DNA from: Calditrichia bacterium
Lineage (GTDB): Bacteria; Calditrichota; Calditrichia; RBG-13-44-9
Assembly (NCBI GenBank): GCA_037381445.1
Contig: JARRQT010000027.1
Span: 1 to 19,130, forward strand
DNA length: 19,130 bases
Direction of reading: 5' to 3'
Shown here: positions 1 through 7,451 of the stretch, one piece after another
Layout of the letters: each line of letters begins with the position of its first letter
Position numbering within the stretch: position 1 is the first letter of the stretch
The notes under the pieces: model-generated
What the model saw: only the letters and a program-made list of their open reading frames with translations
The model's database searches: none
What the model was told of the DNA's origin: nothing
Made by a program: the position numbers and the translations under genes

Positions 1-2
1 CT

Positions 3-371
3 CCGGAGAAAGCTGCAAGACTATTCTCTAATCTCCTGCTCAGTGAGAAGACCTGGATTGAAAGGATTCAGGGCAGAAGAAGCACTCAAATGAATATCTG
101 GCAGCCGCTGTCCCAACATACATGGGCTATTATCCTTCATGAGAATGAGAAAAATTACCTGGATTACATTTCCGGGATATCAGATGACGATTTGCAGCCT
201 AAGATATCCTATACGAGCAGTAAAGGGATTGAATATCAGACCCCGCTTGCAGATATTCTGACCCATGTTAGCATGCACAATGTTGGTCACCGTGGCCAGA
301 TCGCCATTGCACTGAGCCAGGCCGGATTAGAGCCGGTTAACACAGATTTCATTAGTTTCGCCAGGCTATGA
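3..371 (+). CDS. DinB/YfiT-family protein (5' truncated by window edge)
   Basis: The frame of ORF 90..371 is open back to position 3 (PEKAARLFSNLLLSEKTWIERIQG...). C-terminal 'LADILTHVSMHNVGHRGQI...G.EP..TDF' matches the DinB HxxxH-RGQ signature. Confidence 0.85.
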   Translation, partial: PEKAARLFSNLLLSEKTWIERIQGRRSTQMNIWQPLSQHTWAIILHENEKNYLDYISGISDDDLQPKISYTSSKGIEYQTPLADILTHVSMHNVGHRGQIAIALSQAGLEPVNTDFISFARL

Positions 372-473
372 TACCAATGTTTTGGCACTGACTCCTGTTA
401 ATAATGGTGTTGCTATAGAGTGCCTCTTATTTAATTTTTGATTGCGGAATGATATTGAAAAAAGGTAAAAGGA

Positions 474-1320
474 ATGAATTCTGAAGAACATACCCTGCCG
501 GGTAAAACCAGGCCGATTTGGATTGCCCTCTCACTTTACATCATCTGGACCAATTGCCCTCTCACTTTACATCATCTGGACCACAGTAACCTATGCCCTG
601 GAAGGCCGCATTCATACCCTCCTGCGACCCGAGGCAGTCGTGAACAGGATTCTGTATATTTTAATTGCCAATTTTCTCATCGGGATTGTGACCGGGGCGG
701 TCATTATACGAATCACCATTCTATCCGGATTCTTAAAGGCCTGGCAGGCGGGATTCCGAAAATGGCCCCGGGCAATTCTGGCAAGCATTCTGACCGGAAT
801 CGTCGGTTTTGGAATTTATATTTTGCAGGGTCCCCCGTCTCTTAATCCTCTCGTGATAATCAATGCCTTTCTCCAGATTTTACCGGTTTCCATCGCGGAA
901 ATTGTGGTCTGCTGGGCTGTTGTCGGAACGACTTTTGAATCATTGATGAAGCGCAAAGGCCAGGTCATTTCGTTGGCCAGCGGCATATTGGCAGCCAGTA
1001 TCCTGTTCGGCCTTTATCATATTGCCCATAGCCCACCGTTTAATCAAGCCCACATGATTCTCTTCCTCACTTTTATCGGTTTGATAACCAGTCTGGTTTA
1101 TTTTTTCGTCCGCGATATTTATGCTACCATTGTATTTCATAATTTTTTTGCGGTATTTGGCGTTTTGCAGGCGCTGGATGAATCGGGTAAGTTGCAGAAC
1201 TACCTGCACCCGCTTTACCCGGTTATGATAACTGGTATCATTGCTTTCATTTTGTTAATGATTATGGACAGATTCTTCATCCGAAAAATAAGCATCCCGG
1301 AAAAAAGCACTCAAAAATAA
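474..1320 (+). pseudogene. CPBP/Abi (CAAX protease-like) intramembrane protein, frameshifted by a 31-bp tandem duplication (real or assembly artefact)
   Basis: ORF 474 (ATG after aaaagga) reads ...IWIALSLYIIWT then goes out of frame. ORF 523..1320 contains IALSLYIIWTTVTY... Removing one repeat copy gives a single 271-aa multi-TM protein with FGLYH and IVFHN motifs. Confidence 0.75.
522..583 (+). repeat. Perfect 2 x 31-bp tandem duplication attgccctctcactttacatcatctggacca
   Basis: Identical copies at 522-552 and 553-583, read directly from the sequence. Confidence 0.98.
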
Positions 1321-1351
1321 ACCAGAATGATGCTTCGGAAAGGCAACAAAT

Positions 1352-1630
1352 ATGGACTCAGCAATAAAAAATGCAGGATTAAAGGAGCTCCAGAAGATCC
1401 CGGGTGTCGGCAAGACTATTTCCCGCGATCTGTGGGATCTTGGAATTCATAACATAAGAGACCTGCGCGGTAAGAATCCGGAAAAGCTTTACCTGGCGCA
1501 CTGTCTGCAAAAAGGAATGACAGTAGATCGCTGTGTGCTGTATGTTTTCCGATGCGCCGTCTATTATTCCTCCCAGGACACTCATGAGCCAGAGCTGCTC
1601 AAGTGGTGGAATTGGAAAGACGAAAAATAG
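1352..1630 (+). CDS. Helix-hairpin-helix protein, Cdd1/mitomycin-resistance (McrB-like) family
   Basis: LQKIPGVGK HhH motif, 'DLRGKNPEKLY', 'DRCVLYVFRCAVYY' and terminal 'WWNWKD' typical of this family. Confidence 0.85.
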   Translation: MDSAIKNAGLKELQKIPGVGKTISRDLWDLGIHNIRDLRGKNPEKLYLAHCLQKGMTVDRCVLYVFRCAVYYSSQDTHEPELLKWWNWKDEK

Positions 1631-1666
1631 CAGCCGGCTTCCAGGTGTGAATAATAAAGTTCACGA

Positions 1667-4600
1667 TCATTTCATCAACATTACCTTTCTCGTGAAGCTT
1701 TCAGACCCACCGCGATATAATATGTAATAGATACCTGACGAAACAGGAAAATTTGAATCATTCTCCCCGCGCCAAATTAGTTCGTGATAGCCGGGACTCA
1801 TCGGGCCTGATATGAGCGTTCTAATTTTCTTTCCCAGATTATCAAATATAAGCAGCTGGACCTTTTCCTCATTCGTCGGGACTCCAAACCTGATCCGGGT
1901 AACAGGATTGAAAGGATTGGGATAAGGCGCCAAAAGTTCGAAATTTTCCGGAACCGGACCTGCGGAAAGCAGGCTATTGGTTTCCACTTTAATTGATTTC
2001 GAAAATGTTCGCTGACCGGAATATGAAATGTCGGCGATCTTATAAAAATATGTTTTCTCTTTTTCCACAAATTTGTCCTCGTATTGGTATTCGTGAGGCA
2101 TGGTACTGTTTCCCGCGCCTAGGAGTGCCGTATTATTTCGATGGTCATCTATCAGGTCATACTCCTTTTCTGAATGTTCGGAGCGCCATACTTCATATCC
2201 GGCGTTTTCTATCTCCGATTCTGTTCTCCAGCGAAGCATCACTTTCCCCTCACTGAATATTCCCGAAAAACCGGTTAGCGTCACCGGCAATCCCTGATCG
2301 GGATAATCCTCGGAATTGAAAGCCAGTGTCCATGAAGTTATAGCACCGGAATTCAGGCTTGCATCATTAATGATGTAAAGCGTCCAGGCTCCCTGGGCAT
2401 TTTCCCCGTCGAAAACCCACAGGGGATTGTCCGGCTGATAACTTCCGCTGAATGGATTTGTGCCACTGCTGAGAGCGGCTTCGGCCTCATCATTCAGGAT
2501 TAAATCAGTCAGTCCGCTTCCTGATCCATTATTTATAAAAGGACCGCTGCGCATTCCGGAGGGTGATTGCAGGCAGAAGACCAGATTTTCGGTGCGGGCT
2601 CGGGTCTCATTCAATATCAGATTCAAATCAGAGATCATGAACGAGATATTAACATTTATGGTACCGGAAACAATAGCGCTGCTATATAACGTTATTCTAT
2701 TCCCGGAAAAACTTTGGGGTGCAAAATTATCAACGCTGAATGTGAAGGGAATTCCAGAAGATCCCACCGCCCCCGGATTCCCTGCGCCAAAAGGCAGGGT
2801 GCCAATATTATTTTGTAGAGCATTGTCCTGCGCCTGAATATAATATTGAACCTGCGTCCCATGGGCCTGCCCCGGGATAAGGAATTCATACCGGATCCCG
2901 GCTGGTCCATTGACATCGGTAACAGAATTCCACGGGCCAAAACCGGAGCCATGGTCCAGGCGGTAATGCAAGCGGGGTTGATCCGGGCCGCCGGCGATAC
3001 CGCTTTCATCAGTAATATCCACGGTGACTATTTGCGCCGCCGTATTGCTAGTCGGGTGCAGCATGGAATGAACCATCAGCGGGTAATCGCTGTCAAATCC
3101 CTGCGCCGCCAGCACGGCTTTGTAAGCGTTTACCCTGCCATACCCCACATGCTTATTCCAACCGGAAGAATTATAGGGAAATTTTTCTATTCTGTCTGTG
3201 GATTCTTCCATTATGGTCTGCACTTCATCGGAAGTCAGATTCGGATCCACTGAGAGGACCAGCGCCGCAACACCTGCCGCATTGGGGCAGGCTGCAGAAG
3301 TGCCGTTGAATACGTCAATATAATCATCCGAACTATACCCTCCCGAACCGGCTATATCCGTGGTATAAACAATGGTGGGAGCTACAATATCCAGCGCGCT
3401 TCCATAATTACCGCCCCACCAATACTGCTGATCGGAGCTGCCGGGATTTTTCTTTTCATCAAACATATTCGAAGCCCCAACCGCGATGACATCTGATAAA
3501 TAGGCCGGATAATTTACCGGATCATGGCCGTCATTCCCGCTTGAGAATAAGATGACGCACCCGCGACCGCCCCTTCCATTTTGCTTCGCGTTGCTGATCG
3601 CATCATCAATTAGAGAGGAAGGAGATCCGCCTCCCCAGCTGTTGCTTAGAATATCCGCACCGTTCTGCCATGCCCAGTTGATACCATTTGCAATCCATTG
3701 GTTTCGGGCAGTGCCGCCATCATTGAAAATGCGAACAGGCATAATTTTACATTGATAGGCAATCCCGGACACACCGATGGCATTATCGCCCACTGCAGCG
3801 ACAATGCCGGCGGTGCATGTCCCGTGACCTATTGCATCATCATTGGGGACATTGTCATTTTCTGCAAAATCATACCCTGCAACAATGTTCGCCTGCAAGT
3901 CCGGATGGTCCAGATCTGTTCCCGTGTCCAGAATGCCCACAATAATATCCGGATCACCACCGGCGGTAATATTCCACGCCAGGTCCACATCCATATCTGC
4001 ATCGGGAGAGCCATTTACCGAGGAGGGACCTAGATTTGATCCTGTGGCGACTGTCTGCCCAGTGTTCCGGTGTGCCCACTGTTCGTTCCACAACGCATCA
4101 TTTACCGTAGCGTTTAGCAGTTCGCCATTTGGATAAATAAACTCGGGTTCCGCCCAATCCGCCAGTCCGGAAAGAAAATATGCATTGGCAGCCAGCAGAC
4201 CGTTCAATCCCGCCCCGTTGCCTACCGAGAGCTGATATACACCGTCCCCCAGCGATTTCAGGATTTCCACACCGTATTCAGCATTCAACTGCTCAATTTC
4301 GTGGAAAGAGATCCCGCTCCTGAATTTAACAAAAAACTCATCATTTGTAATTTGCCTGACTCGTCCATACCTGAAAACCGGGGAGGCCATTTTTACAGCA
4401 TCTAAATTGTTCAATGCGTTCAGCATTTCCTGCAGGTTGATTTCAGTTAGCGCGGACTTCAACCTGATCAATTTTTCATGATTTGTGATAAGGGGGAGTA
4501 TTTCGGCAAGTGAGGCTCCAAACAAATTCCGAATGACCGAATTGACGTTTTCTGGCAGAATATCCGGGGAGAGCCTCACCGACATCTGATCGAGTGCAGT

Positions 4601-4708
4601 CTCCATCCGGACCATTTGACCTTTATGATAATAGAAATTAGTAATCGTCTGACCCCATACCGGAAAGGAATACAAAATCAACAGAAATGAAAGACAAATA
4701 TTCTTCAT
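1667..4708 (-). CDS. Secreted S8 (subtilisin-like) serine peptidase with prodomain, Ig-like domain, proprotein-convertase P-domain and C-terminal sorting/FlgD-Ig domain
   Basis: Signal peptide; catalytic triad ILDTG, GHGT, FNGTSAACP; oxyanion SSGN; P-domain 'FDGENAQGAWTLYI'; 'LPVTLTGF' domain; C-terminal 'PYPNPFNP...SSGIYYI...TRKVMLMK'; RBS aggag upstream. Confidence 0.93.
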   Translation of the reverse strand: MKNICLSFLLILYSFPVWGQTITNFYYHKGQMVRMETALDQMSVRLSPDILPENVNSVIRNLFGASLAEILPLITNHEKLIRLKSALTEINLQEMLNALNNLDAVKMASPVFRYGRVRQITNDEFFVKFRSGISFHEIEQLNAEYGVEILKSLGDGVYQLSVGNGAGLNGLLAANAYFLSGLADWAEPEFIYPNGELLNATVNDALWNEQWAHRNTGQTVATGSNLGPSSVNGSPDADMDVDLAWNITAGGDPDIIVGILDTGTDLDHPDLQANIVAGYDFAENDNVPNDDAIGHGTCTAGIVAAVGDNAIGVSGIAYQCKIMPVRIFNDGGTARNQWIANGINWAWQNGADILSNSWGGGSPSSLIDDAISNAKQNGRGGRGCVILFSSGNDGHDPVNYPAYLSDVIAVGASNMFDEKKNPGSSDQQYWWGGNYGSALDIVAPTIVYTTDIAGSGGYSSDDYIDVFNGTSAACPNAAGVAALVLSVDPNLTSDEVQTIMEESTDRIEKFPYNSSGWNKHVGYGRVNAYKAVLAAQGFDSDYPLMVHSMLHPTSNTAAQIVTVDITDESGIAGGPDQPRLHYRLDHGSGFGPWNSVTDVNGPAGIRYEFLIPGQAHGTQVQYYIQAQDNALQNNIGTLPFGAGNPGAVGSSGIPFTFSVDNFAPQSFSGNRITLYSSAIVSGTINVNISFMISDLNLILNETRARTENLVFCLQSPSGMRSGPFINNGSGSGLTDLILNDEAEAALSSGTNPFSGSYQPDNPLWVFDGENAQGAWTLYIINDASLNSGAITSWTLAFNSEDYPDQGLPVTLTGFSGIFSEGKVMLRWRTESEIENAGYEVWRSEHSEKEYDLIDDHRNNTALLGAGNSTMPHEYQYEDKFVEKEKTYFYKIADISYSGQRTFSKSIKVETNSLLSAGPVPENFELLAPYPNPFNPVTRIRFGVPTNEEKVQLLIFDNLGKKIRTLISGPMSPGYHELIWRGENDSNFPVSSGIYYILYRGGSESFTRKVMLMK

Positions 4709-4906
4709 TTTTGACTATCTCCTGTGATTTAAATTTGGCCCGGGAAAGCCCTCAAAAATTTTATCAATCAAATTCCAAAATCTTAGGTTCCTGAGGTCTT
4801 GTGTTTAAATCCTTAATTACCTCCCGTTCAAACGAAAGTTATTTCATAACTTAGCACTCGGCAGGAAAGCGAAATATTTAAAAGACCCGTAAGAGGCAGT
4901 AGAAGA

Positions 4907-4927
4907 ATATCCGCATCGGGCGGATAT
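4907..4927 (-). terminator. Hairpin, possible weak terminator downstream of the radical SAM gene
   Basis: atatccgc-atcgg-gcggatat forms an 8-bp stem, followed by tcttct on the minus strand (poor U-tract). Confidence 0.35.
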
Positions 4928-5102
4928 GTGAAGCAGAGCTGTTCCAATATAGCACTGAATATGGTGAAATGAAAATATTAATGCCGGCGGGGCAAAATTT
5001 GAGCCCTGTATAAAGCTCAGATGGAATGGATATCAGGAGAGATTGAAGTATGCTATAACTGCTGTTGCCGAAAGAATGAAAGAGCGATTTATGAGATGAA
5101 TC

Positions 5103-7316
5103 TTACAGGAATAAAAGCACACTCTCCCGTAAATCGCGCCATAGCTCCGAATTCATAAATTCTTCCATCTTTGCGGGTCCGCCGGGAAATGTATTCCTGA
5201 TTTCTCCGAAAGAGACTTTACGATCCGAATGGGCGCTCGCCGATCCCGCTAACTGAACCAGCCACTGCCCCACCGGATATGCAATCTCCCAGCTCCCTTC
5301 TGCTGCATTGGAATGCAGAATGAGACGATGCTTTTTGCCGCCTTCCGCAATTATCCCGGGAATTGTTCCCAGCCATAAAACACGGCGTTGCATTTCAATT
5401 GTGTTTCCGCGCTCCCGGCTCAGATGCCCGAGAATCAAATTCCGGTTCACGGTGGGCCGGGGTACCTTGAAATCGAACCAGTCCGTCACCTCCCATTCCA
5501 AGCCAACGCCATGCATAAAATTATAAAGGGCCTTATTCAGGCCTTCCGTATAGCTTGTGTAATCCATGCCGTTCAGATTTTCATGAATCATGTCATTGGT
5601 GGCGAAGGGATTGTCGAATTTTGATTTTATCCGAATGTTGAAATCAGCCGGATTTTGCGCGACGGGGCTGTGAGCGGTCAGGGCAAACAAATGCCAGAAA
5701 CCGGATTGAAACAGATCCAGTTGAATAAACTGACGAACGAGTTCCAGACTGTTGATAATTTCCTGTTCTGTCTGGGTCGGAAAACCGTACATCAAATAGG
5801 AATGGACCATAATCCCGGCTTCCTGAAAATTATGGCATACTTCAGCGACCTGCTCAACGGTAACGCCTTTGTTAATCAACTGCAGCAGCCTTCTGTCCGC
5901 GACCTCCAGACCGCCGCTGACAGCCACACAGCCCGATGCGGCTAACAGACGGCACAAATCCGGGGTGAAGGCTTTTTCGAACCGGACATTTCCCCACCAG
6001 CTCACTTTCAGATTACGCCGCAAAATCTCAATAGCAATTTCACTTAAGGCAGCCGGCGGGGCCGCTTCATCCGTGAAGTGAAAGACGCTCCGGCCGCTCT
6101 GTTCCATCAGATCCTCCATCCAGTCCACCACAGTGGCGGCTTTGGCCGGCGAATACCGTTTTATGTAATCCAGCGTGATATCGCAGAAAGTGCATTTATG
6201 CCAGTAACAGCCATGGGCGACAGCCAGCTTGTTCCAGTAGCCATCGGACCAGAGGCGATGCATGGGATTGAGCATTTCCGTCATGGAAATGTAGCTGCCG
6301 GGATTTATTCCCTCCAGAGAGGGGGCGGTTAATTCATCGTGACGGACAATTTTATCCGCCAAATTATCTTTATATTTCAGTGCCTGTCCGGTTCGGCAAA
6401 CCGTTCTCGCCCATTTGCCGTCTTTTTCTGTTTTGTGATTTTGCAGAATATGCAGCAATGGCATTTCACCATCATCAAATGTGAGGTAATCGAGATAGTC
6501 AAAAATCCGCGGATCCCTAAGCTGCCGCAATTCGGTATTTATGTAGCCGCCGCCAAATACAATTTTGAGATCAGGGTGATTTGTTTTGACAAATTTTGAT
6601 GAAATAAGGGCGCCGAGCAAATTTCCGGGAAAGGGCACCGTATAACCAATGACATCGGGATGAAATTCTTCGACGGCGTGCTGGGTCTCCCGAAAAATCA
6701 TCTCATCGATGGCATTTGGCTCCTTTTGCAATTCCTGCAGTATTGGATCAAATGTGGCCGGACTCACCGCCAGATGTTCCGCATAGCGGCTTAAACCAAA
6801 GTGCGGAGATATTGTCTTACGGATCAGATTGGTGAGATCGTCAACTAGCAGTGAGCAAAAATATTTTGCCCTGTCCTGCACACCCAGATGGCCAAAAGCA
6901 CTGCTCAAATCGACATCGCGGGCAAATGCTTCCCCTCTCGGCAAAAAGTTTTCCGTCACCAGACTGTAGGCCAGGTTAGGATCCTTTCCCTGCAAAAATC
7001 CGATTACCGGGTCAATGATCCCGATATATTGCGGTGCCAATCGGATAGCGCGGCTGACGGATTCATCCGCCGGCTGCTGCTTTTCTATGGCGGAAAAGAT
7101 CGTCTTGAGTCCGGATTGGGAGAATATCCTTAGAATCACCGCCAGGGATAAATCAAATGATTTTGCAGGATAGCCTTTTGATTGCAGAAATCCGGACAAC
7201 TGCATCACCGATGGGTACGGCGTATTTGCCTGGGTAAACGGCGGTATTATCAGCAGAACGCTGGGTTTCGCATCTTCAAATAATTTTGAATCCATCACCG
7301 ATCTCTTTTCCTGCAT
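5103..7316 (-). CDS. B12-binding domain radical SAM protein (substrate unknown)
   Basis: CxxxCxxC motif (GCYWHKCTFC); upstream cobalamin-binding-like segment 'PDVIGYTVPFPGNL...IVFGGGY...DDGE'; core motifs FHFTDE, SGGLE and YLMYGFPTQT. Confidence 0.9.
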   Translation of the reverse strand: MQEKRSVMDSKLFEDAKPSVLLIIPPFTQANTPYPSVMQLSGFLQSKGYPAKSFDLSLAVILRIFSQSGLKTIFSAIEKQQPADESVSRAIRLAPQYIGIIDPVIGFLQGKDPNLAYSLVTENFLPRGEAFARDVDLSSAFGHLGVQDRAKYFCSLLVDDLTNLIRKTISPHFGLSRYAEHLAVSPATFDPILQELQKEPNAIDEMIFRETQHAVEEFHPDVIGYTVPFPGNLLGALISSKFVKTNHPDLKIVFGGGYINTELRQLRDPRIFDYLDYLTFDDGEMPLLHILQNHKTEKDGKWARTVCRTGQALKYKDNLADKIVRHDELTAPSLEGINPGSYISMTEMLNPMHRLWSDGYWNKLAVAHGCYWHKCTFCDITLDYIKRYSPAKAATVVDWMEDLMEQSGRSVFHFTDEAAPPAALSEIAIEILRRNLKVSWWGNVRFEKAFTPDLCRLLAASGCVAVSGGLEVADRRLLQLINKGVTVEQVAEVCHNFQEAGIMVHSYLMYGFPTQTEQEIINSLELVRQFIQLDLFQSGFWHLFALTAHSPVAQNPADFNIRIKSKFDNPFATNDMIHENLNGMDYTSYTEGLNKALYNFMHGVGLEWEVTDWFDFKVPRPTVNRNLILGHLSRERGNTIEMQRRVLWLGTIPGIIAEGGKKHRLILHSNAAEGSWEIAYPVGQWLVQLAGSASAHSDRKVSFGEIRNTFPGGPAKMEEFMNSELWRDLRESVLLFL

Positions 7317-7392
7317 AGTTCACTTTAAACTCAAATTTACTTTTCCGTTCCGGCAAATGTTATATAATTTTGCGGATTCTTTTGGCGGAAAT

Positions 7393-7429
7393 AAAAAAGC
7401 GCTCTCCGGAAAATCCTGAAAGCGCTTTT
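7393..7429 (-). terminator. Rho-independent terminator of hppA
   Basis: Minus strand aaaagcgctttcagga-ttt-tccggagagcgc-tttttt, starting about 22 nt after the stop codon. Confidence 0.75.
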
Positions 7430-7451
7430 CGAAACGGATATTTTCGACAAA

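Noticed and set aside
474..845. 123-aa ORF as an independent gene
   Set aside because: It is the true N-terminus of the CPBP gene running out of frame after the 31-bp duplication.
4851..4877. Full CIRCE (HrcA) element
   Set aside because: The first arm TTAGCACTC is perfect, but the second arm (gcgaaatat) matches GAGTGCTAA at only 4 of 9 positions.
4878..5102. Open frame continuing in-frame after the radical SAM stop (possible readthrough or precursor peptide)
   Set aside because: The stop is TAA, there is no good start or RBS, and the translation does not look protein-like.
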